A stretch of DNA of 64,000 nt, from positions 135,842,001 through 135,906,000 of the forward strand of contig OZ024743.1 in the NCBI GenBank assembly GCA_964016885.1. Reading direction: 5' to 3'. The notes beneath the pieces are model-generated. The model did no database searches and was not told the DNA's origin. It was given only the letters and a program-made list of their open reading frames with translations. The translations under genes and the position numbers were made by a program. The stretch comes from Eledone cirrhosa. Taxonomy: Eukaryota. Of this stretch, positions 1 through 13,000 are shown one piece after another; position 1 is the stretch's first letter; each line of letters opens with the position of its first letter.

Positions 1-3000
1 GGTACTTGGTGCTTGGTGCTTGGTGTTAGGTGTTTGGTGCTTGGTGTTTGGTGCTTGGTGTTTGGTGCTTGGTGCTTGGTGCTTGGTGCTTGGTGTTTGG
101 TGGTTGGTGTTTGGTGCTTGGTGTTTGGTGCTTGGTGTTAGGTGCTTGGTGATTGGTGCTTGGTGTTTGGTGTTTGGTGCTTGGTGTTTGGTGTTTGGTG
201 CTTGGTGTTTGGTGCTTTTTGCTTGGTGCTTGGTGCTTGGTGTTTGGTGCTGGGTGCTTGGTGCTTGGTGTTTGGTGTTATATGCTTGGTGTTTGATGCT
301 TGGTGCTTGGTGCTTGGTGTTTGGTGTTTGGTGCTTGGTGTTTGATGCTTGGTGCTTGGTGCTTGGTGTTTGGTGCTTGGTGCTTGGTGTTTGGTGCTTG
401 GTGCTTGGTGTTTGGTGCTTGGTGTTTGGTGCTTGGTGTTTGGTGCTTGGTGCTTGGTGCTTGGGGCTTGGTGTTTGGTGGTTGGTGCTTGGTGCTTGGT
501 GTTAGGTGTTTGGTGCTTGGTGCTTGGTGTCTGGTTTTTGGTGCTTGGTGCTTGGTGTTTGGTGCTTGTTGCTGGCTGCTTGGTGTTTGGTGCTTGGTGA
601 TTGGTGCTTGGTGTTTGGTGCTTGGTGTTTGGTGTTTGGTGCTTGGTGTTTGTACTTGGTGTTTGGTGCTTGGTGTTTGGTGCTAGGTGCTTGGTGTTTG
701 GTGCTTGGTGCTTGGTGTTTGGTGCCTGGGGCTTGGTGTTTGGTGTTTGGTGTTTGGTGCTTGGTGCTTGGTGTTTGGTGTTTGCTGTTTGCTGTTTGGT
801 GTTTGTTGTTTGGTGTTTGTTGTTTGGTGTTTGCTGTTTGGTGTTTGGTGTTTGCTTTTTGGTGTTTGGTGTTTGATGTATGTTGTTTGCTGTTTGGTGT
901 TTGGTGTTTGGTGTTTGGTGCTTGGTGCTTGGTGTTTGGTGCTTGGTGTTTGGTGCTTGGTGCTTGGTGCTTGGTGCTTGGTGTTTGGTGTTTGCTGCTT
1001 GGTGTTTGATGCTTGGTGCTTGGTGCTTGGTGTTTTGTGTTTGGTGCTTGGTGCTTGGTGTTTGGTGTTTGGTGCTTGGTGCTTGGTGCTTGGTGTTCTG
1101 TGTTTGGTGCTTGGTGCTTGGTGTTTGGTGCTTGGTGCTGGGTGGTTGGTGTTTGGTGCTTGGTGTTTGGTGCTGGGTGCTTGGTGTTTGGTGCTGGGTG
1201 CTTGGTGTTTGGTGCTTGGTGCTTGGTGTTTGGTGCTTGGTGCTGGGTGGTTGGTGTTTGGTGCTTGGTGTTTGGTGCTGGGTGCTTGGTGTTTGGTGCT
1301 GGGTGCTTGGTGTTTGGTGCTTGGTGCTTGGTCTTTGGTGCTTGGTGTTTGGTGCTTGGTGCTTGGTGCTTGGTGTTTGGTGCTTGGTGCTTGGTGTTTG
1401 GTGCTTGGTGCTTGGGGTTTGGTTTTTGGTGCTTGGTGCTTGGTGTTTGGTGTTTGGTGCTTGCTGCTGGCTGCTTGGTGTTTGATGCATGGTGATTGGT
1501 GCTTGGTGTTTGGTGCCTGGTGTTTGGTGTTTGATGCTTGGTGCTTGGTGCTTGGTGTTTGGTGCTTGGTGCTTGGTGTTTGGTGCTTGGTGCTTGGTGT
1601 TTGTTGCTTGGTGTTTGGTGCTTGGTGTTTGGTGCTTGGTGCTTGGTGCTTGGTGCTTGGTGTTTGGTGGTTGGTGCTTGGTGCTTGGTGTTAGGTGTTT
1701 GGTGCTTGGTGCTTGGTGTTTGGTGTTTGGTGCTTGGTGTTTGGTGTTTGGTGCTTGGTGTTTGGTGCTTGGTACTTGGTGCTTGGTGCTTGGTGTTAGG
1801 TGTTTGGTGCTTGGTGCTTGGTGTCTGGTTTTTGGTGCTTGGTGCTTGGTGTTTGGTGTTTGGTGCTTGCTGCTGGCTGCTTGGTGTTTGGTGCTTGGTG
1901 ATTGGTGCTTGGTGTTTGGTGCTTGGTGTTTGGTGTTTGGTGCTTGGTGTTTGGTGCTTGGTACTTGGTGCTTGGTGCTTGGTGTTAGGTGTTTGGTGCT
2001 TGGTGTTTGGTGTCTGGTTTTTGGTGCTTGGTGCTTGGTGCTTAGTGTTTGGTGCTTGGTGCTTAGTGTTTGGTGCTAGGTGCTTGGTGTTTGGTGCTTG
2101 GTGCTTGGTGTTTGGTGCCTGGTGCTTGGTGTTTGGTGTTTGGTGTTTGGTGCTTGGTGCTTGGTGTTTGGTGTTTGCTGTTTGCTGTTTGTTGTTTGGT
2201 GTTTGCTGTTTGGTGTTTGGTGTTTGCTTTTTGGTGCTTGGTGTTTGATGCTTGGTGCTTGGTGCTTGGTGTTTGGTGCTTGGTGCTTGGTGTTTGGTGT
2301 TTGGTGCTTGGTGCTTGGTGTTTGGTGCTTGCTGCTGGCTGCTTGGTGTTTGGTGCTTGGTGATTGGTGCTTGGTGTTTGGTGCTTGGTGTTTGGTGTTT
2401 GGTGCTAGGTGCTTGGTGTTTGGTGCTTGGTGCTTGGTGTTTGTACTTGGTGCTTGGTGCTTGGTTCTTGGTGTTTGGTGCTTGGTGCTTGGTGTTTGGT
2501 GCTTGGTGTTTGGTGCTTGGTGTTTGGTGTTTGGTGCTTGGTGCTTGGTGTTTGGTGCTTGGTGTTTGGTGCTTGGTGTTAGGTGTTTGGTGCTTGGTGC
2601 TTGGTGTTTGGTGTTTGGTGCTTGGTGTTTGGTGCTTGGTGTTTGGTGTTAGGTGTTTGGTGCTTGGTGTTTGGTGTTTGGTGCTTGGTGTTTGGTGCTT
2701 GGTGTTTGGTGCTTGGTGTTTGGTGCTTGGTACTTGGTGCTTGGTGCTTGGTGTTAGGTGTTTGGTGCTTGGTGCTTGGTGTTTGGTTTTTGGTGCTTGG
2801 TGCTTGGTGTTTGGTGTTTGGGGCTTGCTGCTGGCTGCTTGGTGTTTGATGCTTGGTGATTGGTGTTTGGTGTTTGGTGCTAGGTGCTTGGTGTTTGGTG
2901 CTTGGTGCTTGGTGCTTGGTGTTTGGTGTTTGGTGTTTGGTGCTTGATGCTTGGTGTTTGGTGCTTGGTGCTGGGTGGTTGGTGTTTAGTGCTTGGTGTT

Positions 3001-5511
3001 TGGTGCTGGGTGCTTGGTGTTTGGTGCTTGGTGCTTGGTCTTTGGTGCTTGGTGTTTGGTGCTTGGTGCTTGGTGCTTGGTGTTTGGTGCTTGGTGCTTG
3101 GTGTTTGGTGCTTGGTGCTTAGTGTTTGGTGCTTGGTGCTTAGTGTTTGGTGCTAGGTGCTTGGTGTTTGGTGCTTGGTGCTTGGTGTTTGGTGCCTGGT
3201 GCTTGGTGTTTGGTGTTTGGTGTTTGGTGCTTGGTGCTTGGTGTTTGGTGTTTGCTGTTTGCTGTTTGTTGTTTGGTGTTTGCTGTTTGGTGTTTGGTGT
3301 TTGCTTTTTGGTGTTTGGTGTTTGCTGTATGTTGTTTGCTGTTTGGTGTTTGGTGTTTGCTGTTTGGTGCTTGGTGTTCGGTGCTTGGTGCTTGGTGTTT
3401 GGTGCCTGGTGCTTGGTGCTTGGTGCTTGGTGTTTGGTGTTTGGTGCTTGGTGCTTGGAGTTTGGTGTTTGGTGCTTGGTGCTTGGTGTTTCATGTTTCG
3501 TGTTTGGTTTTTGGTGCTTGGTGCTTGGTGTTTGGCGTTTGGTTCTTGGTTCTTGGTGTTTGGTGTTTGGCGTTTGGTGTTTGGTGCTTGGTGCTTGGTG
3601 TTTGGTGCTTGGTGCTTGGTGTTTGGTGCCTGGTGCTTGGTGCTTGGTGTTTGGTGTTTGGTGCTTGGTGCTTGGTGCTTGGAGTTTGGTGTTTGGTGCT
3701 TGGTGCTTTGTGTTTTGTGTTTGGTGTTTGGTTTTTGGTGCTTGGTGCTTGGTCCTTGGTGTTTGGTGCTGGGTGCTTTGTGTTTGGTGCTTGGTGCTTG
3801 GTGTTTGATGCTTGGTGCTTGGTGCTTGGTGTTTTGTGTTTGGTGCTTGGTTCTTGGTGTTTGGTGCTTGGTGCTTGGTACTTGGTGTTTGTACTTGGTG
3901 CTTGGTGCTTGGTGTTTGGTTCTTGGTTCTTGGTGTTTGGTACTTGGTGCTTCGTGCTTGATGTTTGGTGTTTGGTGCTTGGTGTTTGGTGCTTGGTGCT
4001 TGGTGCTTGGTGTTAGGTGTTTGGTGCTTGGTCCTTGGTGTTTGGTGCTTGGTGTTTGGTGTTTGCTGTTTGGTGTTTGGTGTTTGGTGTTTGGTGTTTG
4101 CTGTTTGGTGTCTGCTTTTTGGTGTTCAGTGTTTGCTGTATGGTGTTTGGTGTTTGCTGTTTGGTGTTTGGTCTTTAGTCCTTGGTGTTTGGTGCTTGGT
4201 GCTTGGTGTTTGGTGTTTGGTGCTTGGTGCTTGGTGTTTGGTGTTTGGTGCTTGGTGTTTGGTGTTTGGTGCTTGGTGTCTGGTGCTTGGTGTTTGGTTT
4301 TTGGTGCTTGGTGTTTGGTGTTTGGTGTTTGGTGTTTGGTGCTTGGTGCTTGGTGTTTGGTGTTTGGTGCTTGGTGTCTGGTGCTTGGTGTTTGGTGTTT
4401 GGTGCTTGGTGTTTGGTGTTTGGTGTTTGGTGCTTGGTGCTTGGTGCTTGGTGCTTGGTGTTTGGTGTTTGGTGCTTGGTTTTTGGTGCTTGGTGCTGGG
4501 TGGTTGGTGTTTGGTGCTTGGTGTTTGGTGCTGGGTGCTTGGTGTTTGGTGCTGGGTGCTTGGTGTTTGGTGCTTGGTGCTTGGTCTTTGGTGCTTGGTG
4601 TTTGGTGTTTGGTGCTTGGTGCTTGGCGTTTGGTGGTTGGTGCTTGGTGTTTGGTGCTTGGTGCTTGGTGTTTGGTTTTTGGTGCTTGGTGCTTGGTGTT
4701 TGGTGTTTGGTGCTTGCTGCTGGCTGCTTGGTGTTTGATGCATGGTGATTGGTGCTTGGTGTTTGGTGCTTGGTGCTTGGTGTTTCGTGCTTGGTGCTTG
4801 GTGTTTGGTGCTTGGTGTTTGGTGCTTGGTGTTTGGTGCTTGGTGCTTGGTGCTTGGTGCTTGGTGTTTGGTGGTTGGTGCTTGGTGCTTGGTGTTAGGT
4901 GTTTGGTGCTTGGTGCTTGGTGTTTGGTGTTTGGTGCTTGGTGTTTGGTGTTTGGTGCTTGGTGTTTGGTGCTTGGTACTTGGTGCTTGGTGCTTGGTGT
5001 TAGGTGTTTGGTGCTTGGTGCTTGGTGTCTGGTTTTTGGTGCTTGGTGCTTGGTGTTTGGTGTTTGGTGCTTGCTGCTGGCTGCTTGGTGTTTGGTGCTT
5101 GGTGATTGGTGCTTGGTGTTTGGTGTTTGGTGTTTGGTGTTTGGTGCTTGGTGATTGGTGTTTGTACTTGGTGCTTGGTGCTTGGTTCTTGGTGTTTGGT
5201 GCTTGGTGCTTGGTGTTTGGTGTTATATGCTTGGTGTTTGATGTTTGGTGCTTGGTGCTTGGTGCTTGGTGTTTGGTGTTTGGTGTTTGATGCTTGGTGC
5301 TTGGTGTTTGGTGCTTGGTGCTTGGTGTTTGTACTTGGTGCTTGGTGCTTGGTGCTTGGTGTTTGGTGCTTGGTGCTTGGTGCTTGGTCCTTGGTGCTTG
5401 GTGTTTGGTGGTTGGTGTTTGGTGCTTGGTGTTAGGTGTTTGGTGCTTGGTGCTTGGTGTTTGGTGTTTGGTGCTTGGTGTTTGGTGTTTGGTGCTTGGT
5501 ATTTGGTGCTT
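1..5511. repeat. Higher-order repeat, 5.5-kb family, copy 1 (5511 bp; start set arbitrarily by window edge)
   Basis: The sequence at 1 (GGTACTTGGTGCTTGGTGCTTGGTGTTAGG) recurs at 5512. ORF-track entries repeat at a 5511 offset (138..1490 vs 5649..7001; 142..345 vs 5653..5856; 2080..2652 vs 7591..8163). Confidence 0.95.
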
Positions 5512-8500
5512 GGTACTTGGTGCTTGGTGCTTGGTGTTAGGTGTTTGGTGCTTGGTGTTTGGTGCTTGGTGTTTGGTGCTTGGTGCTTGGTGCTTGGTGC
5601 TTGGTGTTTGGTGGTTGGTGTTTGGTGCTTGGTGTTTGGTGCTTGGTGTTAGGTGCTTGGTGATTGGTGCTTGGTGTTTGGTGTTTGGTGCTTGGTGTTT
5701 GGTGTTTGGTGCTTGGTGTTTGGTGCTTTTTGCTTGGTGCTTGGTGCTTGGTGTTTGGTGCTGGGTGCTTGGTGCTTGGTGTTTGGTGTTATATGCTTGG
5801 TGTTTGATGCTTGGTGCTTGGTGCTTGGTGTTTGGTGTTTGGTGCTTGGTGTTTGATGCTTGGTGCTTGGTGCTTGGTGTTTGGTGCTTGGTGCTTGGTG
5901 TTTGGTGCTTGGTGCTTGGTGTTTGGTGCTTGGTGTTTGGTGCTTGGTGTTTGGTGCTTGGTGCTTGGTGCTTGGGGCTTGGTGTTTGGTGGTTGGTGCT
6001 TGGTGCTTGGTGTTAGGTGTTTGGTGCTTGGTGCTTGGTGTCTGGTTTTTGGTGCTTGGTGCTTGGTGTTTGGTGCTTGTTGCTGGCTGCTTGGTGTTTG
6101 GTGCTTGGTGATTGGTGCTTGGTGTTTGGTGCTTGGTGTTTGGTGTTTGGTGCTTGGTGTTTGTACTTGGTGTTTGGTGCTTGGTGTTTGGTGCTAGGTG
6201 CTTGGTGTTTGGTGCTTGGTGCTTGGTGTTTGGTGCCTGGGGCTTGGTGTTTGGTGTTTGGTGTTTGGTGCTTGGTGCTTGGTGTTTGGTGTTTGCTGTT
6301 TGCTGTTTGGTGTTTGTTGTTTGGTGTTTGTTGTTTGGTGTTTGCTGTTTGGTGTTTGGTGTTTGCTTTTTGGTGTTTGGTGTTTGATGTATGTTGTTTG
6401 CTGTTTGGTGTTTGGTGTTTGGTGTTTGGTGCTTGGTGCTTGGTGTTTGGTGCTTGGTGTTTGGTGCTTGGTGCTTGGTGCTTGGTGCTTGGTGTTTGGT
6501 GTTTGCTGCTTGGTGTTTGATGCTTGGTGCTTGGTGCTTGGTGTTTTGTGTTTGGTGCTTGGTGCTTGGTGTTTGGTGTTTGGTGCTTGGTGCTTGGTGC
6601 TTGGTGTTTTGTGTTTGGTGCTTGGTGCTTGGTGTTTGGTGCTTGGTGCTGGGTGGTTGGTGTTTTGTGCTTGGTGTTTGGTGCTGGGTGCTTGGTGTTT
6701 GGTGCTGGGTGCTTGGTGTTTGGTGCTTGGTGCTTGGTGTTTGGTGCTTGGTGCTGGGTGGTTGGTGTTTGGTGCTTGGTGTTTGGTGCTGGGTGCTTGG
6801 TGTTTGGTGCTGGGTGCTTGGTGTTTGGTGCTTGGTGCTTGGTCTTTGGTGCTTGGTGTTTGGTGCTTGGTGCTTGGTGCTTGGTGTTTGGTGCTTGGTG
6901 CTTGGTGTTTGGTGCTTGGTGCTTGGGGTTTGGTTTTTGGTGCTTGGTGCTTGGTGTTTGGTGTTTGGTGCTTGCTGCTGGCTGCTTGGTGTTTGATGCA
7001 TGGTGATTGGTGCTTGGTGTTTGGTGCCTGGTGTTTGGTGTTTGATGCTTGGTGCTTGGTGCTTGGTGTTTGGTGCTTGGTGCTTGGTGTTTGGTGCTTG
7101 GTGCTTGGTGTTTGTTGCTTGGTGTTTGGTGCTTGGTGTTTGGTGCTTGGTGCTTGGTGCTTGGTGCTTGGTGTTTGGTGGTTGGTGCTTGGTGCTTGGT
7201 GTTAGGTGTTTGGTGCTTGGTGCTTGGTGTTTGGTGTTTGGTGCTTGGTGTTTGGTGTTTGGTGCTTGGTGTTTGGTGCTTGGTACTTGGTGCTTGGTGC
7301 TTGGTGTTAGGTGTTTGGTGCTTGGTGCTTGGTGTCTGGTTTTTGGTGCTTGGTGCTTGGTGTTTGGTGTTTGGTGCTTGCTGCTGGCTGCTTGGTGTTT
7401 GGTGCTTGGTGATTGGTGCTTGGTGTTTGGTGCTTGGTGTTTGGTGTTTGGTGCTTGGTGTTTGGTGCTTGGTACTTGGTGCTTGGTGCTTGGTGTTAGG
7501 TGTTTGGTGCTTGGTGTTTGGTGTCTGGTTTTTGGTGCTTGGTGCTTGGTGCTTAGTGTTTGGTGCTTGGTGCTTAGTGTTTGGTGCTAGGTGCTTGGTG
7601 TTTGGTGCTTGGTGCTTGGTGTTTGGTGCCTGGTGCTTGGTGTTTGGTGTTTGGTGTTTGGTGCTTGGTGCTTGGTGTTTGGTGTTTGCTGTTTGCTGTT
7701 TGTTGTTTGGTGTTTGCTGTTTGGTGTTTGGTGTTTGCTTTTTGGTGCTTGGTGTTTGATGCTTGGTGCTTGGTGCTTGGTGTTTGGTGCTTGGTGCTTG
7801 GTGTTTGGTGTTTGGTGCTTGGTGCTTGGTGTTTGGTGCTTGCTGCTGGCTGCTTGGTGTTTGGTGCTTGGTGATTGGTGCTTGGTGTTTGGTGCTTGGT
7901 GTTTGGTGTTTGGTGCTAGGTGCTTGGTGTTTGGTGCTTGGTGCTTGGTGTTTGTACTTGGTGCTTGGTGCTTGGTTCTTGGTGTTTGGTGCTTGGTGCT
8001 TGGTGTTTGGTGCTTGGTGTTTGGTGCTTGGTGTTTGGTGTTTGGTGCTTGGTGCTTGGTGTTTGGTGCTTGGTGTTTGGTGCTTGGTGTTAGGTGTTTG
8101 GTGCTTGGTGCTTGGTGTTTGGTGTTTGGTGCTTGGTGTTTGGTGCTTGGTGTTTGGTGTTAGGTGTTTGGTGCTTGGTGTTTGGTGTTTGGTGCTTGGT
8201 GTTTGGTGCTTGGTGTTTGGTGCTTGGTGTTTGGTGCTTGGTACTTGGTGCTTGGTGCTTGGTGTTAGGTGTTTGGTGCTTGGTGCTTGGTGTTTGGTTT
8301 TTGGTGCTTGGTGCTTGGTGTTTGGTGTTTGGGGCTTGCTGCTGGCTGCTTGGTGTTTGATGCTTGGTGATTGGTGCTTGGTGTTTTGTGCTTGGTGTTT
8401 GGTGTTTGGTGTTTGGTGCTAGGTGCTTGGTGTTTGGTGCTTGGTGCTTGGTGCTTGGTGTTTGGTGTTTGGTGTTTGGTGCTTGATGCTTGGTGTTTGG

Positions 8501-11057
8501 TGCTTGGTGCTGGGTGGTTGGTGTTTAGTGCTTGGTGTTTGGTGCTGGGTGCTTGGTGTTTGGTGCTTGGTGCTTGGTCTTTGGTGCTTGGTGTTTGGTG
8601 TTTGGTGCTTGGTGCTTGGTGCTTGGTGTTTGGTGCTTGGTGCTTGGTGTTTGGTGCTTGGTGCTTAGTGTTTGGTGCTTGGTGCTTAGTGTTTGGTGCT
8701 AGGTGCTTGGTGTTTGGTGCTTGGTGCTTGGTGTTTGGTGCCTGGTGCTTGGTGTTTGGTGTTTGGTGTTTGGTGCTTGGTGCTTGGTGTTTGGTGTTTG
8801 CTGTTTGCTGTTTGTTGTTTGGTGTTTGCTGTTTGGTGTTTGGTGTTTGCTTTTTGGTGTTTGGTGTTTGCTGTATGTTGTTTGCTGTTTGGTGTTTGGT
8901 GTTTGCTGTTTGGTGCTTGGTGTTCGGTGCTTGGTGCTTGGTGTTTGGTGCCTGGTGCTTGGTGCTTGGTGCTTGGTGTTTGGTGTTTGGTGCTTGGTGC
9001 TTGGAGTTTGGTGTTTGGTGCTTGGTGCTTGGTGTTTCATGTTTCGTGTTTGGTTTTTGGTGCTTGGTGCTTGGTGTTTGGCGTTTGGTTCTTGGTTCTT
9101 GGTGTTTGGTGTTTGGCGTTTGGTGTTTGGTGCTTGGTGCTTGGTGTTTGGTGCTTGGTGCTTGGTGTTTGGTGCCTGGTGCTTGGTGCTTGGTGTTTGG
9201 TGTTTGGTGCTTGGTGCTTGGTGCTTGGAGTTTGGTGTTTGGTGCTTGGTGCTTTGTGTTTTGTGTTTGGTGTTTGGTTTTTGGTGCTTGGTGCTTGGTC
9301 CTTGGTGTTTGGTGCTGGGTGCTTTGTGTTTGGTGCTTGGTGCTTGGTGTTTGATGCTTGGTGCTTGGTGCTTGGTGTTTTGTGTTTGGTGCTTGGTTCT
9401 TGGTGTTTGGTGCTTGGTGCTTGGTACTTGGTGTTTGTACTTGGTGCTTGGTGCTTGGTGTTTGGTTCTTGGTTCTTGGTGTTTGGTACTTGGTGCTTCG
9501 TGCTTGATGTTTGGTGTTTGGTGCTTGGTGTTTGGTGCTTGGTGCTTGGTGCTTGGTGTTAGGTGTTTGGTGCTTGGTCCTTGGTGTTTGGTGCTTGGTG
9601 TTTGGTGTTTGCTGTTTGGTGTTTGGTGTTTGGTGTTTGGTGTTTGCTGTTTGGTGTCTGCTTTTTGGTGTTCAGTGTTTGCTGTATGGTGTTTGGTGTT
9701 TGCTGTTTGGTGTTTGGTCTTTAGTCCTTGGTGTTTGGTGCTTGGTGCTTGGTGTTTGGTGTTTGGTGCTTGGTGCTTGGTGTTTGGTGTTTGGTGCTTG
9801 GTGTTTGGTGTTTGGTGCTTGGTGTCTGGTGCTTGGTGTTTGGTTTTTGGTGCTTGGTGTTTGGTGTTTGGTGTTTGGTGTTTGGTGCTTGGTGCTTGGT
9901 GTTTGGTGTTTGGTGCTTGGTGTCTGGTGCTTGGTGTTTGGTGTTTGGTGCTTGGTGTTTGGTGTTTGGTGTTTGGTGCTTGGTGCTTGGTGCTTGGTGC
10001 TTGGTGTTTGGTGTTTGGTGCTTGGTTTTTGGTGCTTGGTGCTGGGTGGTTGGTGTTTGGTGCTTGGTGTTTGGTGCTGGGTGCTTGGTGTTTGGTGCTG
10101 GGTGCTTGGTGTTTGGTGCTTGGTGCTTGGTCTTTGGTGCTTGGTGTTTGGTGTTTGGTGCTTGGTGCTTGGCGTTTGGTGGTTGGTGCTTGGTGTTTGG
10201 TGCTTGGTGCTTGGTGTTTGGTTTTTGGTGCTTGGTGCTTGGTGTTTGGTGTTTGGTGCTTGCTGCTGGCTGCTTGGTGTTTGATGCATGGTGATTGGTG
10301 CTTGGTGTTTGGTGCTTGGTGCTTGGTGTTTGGTGCTTGGTGCTTGGTGTTTGGTGCTTGGTGTTTGGTGCTTGGTGTTTGGTGCTTGGTGCTTGGTGCT
10401 TGGTGCTTGGTGTTTGGTGGTTGGTGCTTGGTGCTTGGTGTTAGGTGTTTGGTGCTTGGTGCTTGGTGTTTGGTGTTTGGTGCTTGGTGTTTGGTGTTTG
10501 GTGCTTGGTGTTTGGTGCTTGGTACTTGGTGCTTGGTGCTTGGTGTTAGGTGTTTGGTGCTTGGTGCTTGGTGTCTGGTTTTTGGTGCTTGGTGCTTGGT
10601 GTTTGGTGTTTGGTGCTTGCTGCTGGCTGCTTGGTGTTTGGTGCTTGGTGATTGGTGCTTGGTGTTTGGTGTTTGGTGTTTGGTGTTTGGTGCTTGGTGA
10701 TTGGTGTTTGTACTTGGTGCTTGGTGCTTGGTTCTTGGTGTTTGGTGCTTGGTGCTTGGTGTTTGGTGTTATATGCTTGGTGTTTGATGTTTGGTGCTTG
10801 GTGCTTGGTGCTTGGTGTTTGGTGTTTGGTGTTTGATGCTTGGTGCTTGGTGTTTGGTGCTTGGTGCTTGGTGTTTGTACTTGGTGCTTGGTGCTTGGTG
10901 CTTGGTGTTTGGTGCTTGGTGCTTGGTGCTTGGTCCTTGGTGCTTGGTGTTTGGTGGTTGGTGTTTGGTGCTTGGTGTTAGGTGTTTGGTGCTTGGTGCT
11001 TGGTGTTTGGTGTTTGGTGCTTGGTGTTTGGTGTTTGGTGCTTGGTATTTGGTGCTT
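5512..11057. repeat. Higher-order repeat, 5.5-kb family, copy 2 (5546 bp = copy 1 plus 5 heptamers)
   Basis: The offset rises from 5511 to 5539 (2884 vs 8423) and then 5546 (3157..5154 vs 8703..10700; 4126..4743 vs 9672..10289). Only a few substitutions are seen (e.g. ~1098 vs ~6609, ~4786 vs ~10332). Confidence 0.95.
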
Positions 11058-13000
11058 GGTACTTGGTGCTTGGTGCTTGGTGTTAGGTGTTTGGTGCTTG
11101 GTGTTTGGTGCTTGGTGTTTGGTGCTTGGTGCTTGGTGCTTGGTGCTTGGTGTTTGGTGGTTGGTGTTTGGTGCTTGGTGTTTGGTGCTTGGTGTTAGGT
11201 GCTTGGTGATTGGTGCTTGGTGTTTGGTGTTTGGTGCTTGGTGTTTGGTGTTTGGTGCTTGGTGTTTGGTGCTTTTTGCTTGGTGCTTGGTGCTTGGTGT
11301 TTGGTGCTGGGTGCTTGGTGCTTGGTGTTTGGTGTTATATGCTTGGTGTTTGATGCTTGGTGCTTGGTGCTTGGTGTTTGGTGTTTGGTGCTTGGTGTTT
11401 GATGCTTGGTGCTTGGTGCTTGGTGTTTGGTGCTTGGTGCTTGGTGTTTGGTGCTTGGTGCTTGGTGTTTGGTGCTTGGTGTTTGGTGCTTGGTGTTTGG
11501 TGCTTGGTGCTTGGTGCTTGGGGCTTGGTGTTTGGTGGTTGGTGCTTGGTGCTTGGTGTTAGGTGTTTGGTGCTTGGTGCTTGGTGTCTGGTTTTTGGTG
11601 CTTGGTGCTTGGTGTTTGGTGCTTGTTGCTGGCTGCTTGGTGTTTGGTGCTTGGTGATTGGTGCTTGGTGTTTGGTGCTTGGTGTTTGGTGTTTGGTGCT
11701 TGGTGTTTGTACTTGGTGTTTGGTGCTTGGTGTTTGGTGCTAGGTGCTTGGTGTTTGGTGCTTGGTGCTTGGTGTTTGGTGCCTGGGGCTTGGTGTTTGG
11801 TGTTTGGTGTTTGGTGCTTGGTGCTTGGTGTTTGGTGTTTGCTGTTTGCTGTTTGGTGTTTGTTGTTTGGTGTTTGTTGTTTGGTGTTTGCTGTTTGGTG
11901 TTTGGTGTTTGCTTTTTGGTGTTTGGTGTTTGATGTATGTTGTTTGCTGTTTGGTGTTTGGTGTTTGGTGTTTGGTGCTTGGTGCTTGGTGTTTGGTGCT
12001 TGGTGTTTGGTGCTTGGTGCTTGGTGCTTGGTGCTTGGTGTTTGGTGTTTGCTGCTTGGTGTTTGATGCTTGGTGCTTGGTGCTTGTGTTTTGTGTTTGG
12101 TGCTTGGTGCTTGGTGTTTGGTGTTTGGTGCTTGGTGCTTGGTGCTTGGTGTTTTGTGTTTGGTGCTTGGTGCTTGGTGTTTGGTGCTTGGTGCTGGGTG
12201 GTTGGTGTTTGGTGCTTGGTGTTTGGTGCTGGGTGCTTGGTGTTTGGTGCTGGGTGCTTGGTGTTTGGTGCTTGGTGCTTGGTGTTTGGTGCTTGGTGCT
12301 GGGTGGTTGGTGTTTGGTGCTTGGTGTTTGGTGCTGGGTGCTTGGTGTTTGGTGCTGGGTGCTTGGTGTTTGGTGCTTGGTGCTTGGTCTTTGGTGCTTG
12401 GTGTTTGGTGCTTGGTGCTTGGTGCTTGGTGTTTGGTGCTTGGTGCTTGGTGTTTGGTGCTTGGTGCTTGGGGTTTGGTTTTTGGTGCTTGGTGCTTGGT
12501 GTTTGGTGTTTGGTGCTTGCTGCTGGCTGCTTGGTGTTTGATGCATGGTGATTGGTGCTTGGTGTTTGGTGCCTGGTGTTTGGTGTTTGATGCTTGGTGC
12601 TTGGTGCTTGGAGTTTGGTGCTTGGTGCTTGGTGTTTGGTGCTTGGTGCTTGGTGTTTGTTGCTTGGTGTTTGGTGCTTGGTGTTTGGTGCTTGGTGCTT
12701 GGTGCTTGGTGCTTGGTGTTTGGTGGTTGGTGCTTGGTGCTTGGTGTTAGGTGTTTGGTGCTTGGTGCTTGGTGTTTGGTGTTTGGTGCTTGGTGTTTGG
12801 TGTTTGGTGCTTGGTGTTTGGTGCTTGGTACTTGGTGCTTGGTGCTTGGTGTTAGGTGTTTGGTGCTTGGTGCTTGGTGTCTGGTTTTTGGTGCTTGGTG
12901 CTTGGTGTTTGGTGTTTGGTGCTTGCTGCTGGCTGCTTGGTGTTTGGTGCTTGGTGATTGGTGCTTGGTGTTTGGTGCTTGGTGTTTGGTGTTTGGTGCT
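11058..13000. repeat. Higher-order repeat, 5.5-kb family, truncated copy 3
   Basis: The GGTAC landmark recurs at 11058. ORFs 11199..11402, 11357..11743 and 11563..12066 match copy 2 at offset 5546, then 5545 after a 1-bp loss near 12085. Colinearity stops at about 13000. Confidence 0.92.

Noticed and set aside
26-30. TTAGG (arthropod telomere motif), recurring throughout; also TTTAGG at ~32328 and ~59959
   Set aside because: These are always isolated, produced by a single change in the heptamer (TAGGTGY), and never tandem.
278-285. TTATATGC as a TATA-like promoter element
   Set aside because: It is a variant monomer replicated with the array, with no downstream gene or other promoter evidence.
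1136-1145. GCTGGGTGG resembling the E. coli Chi site GCTGGTGG
   Set aside because: It is not an exact match, is explained by adjacent variant monomers, and nothing indicates a bacterial context.
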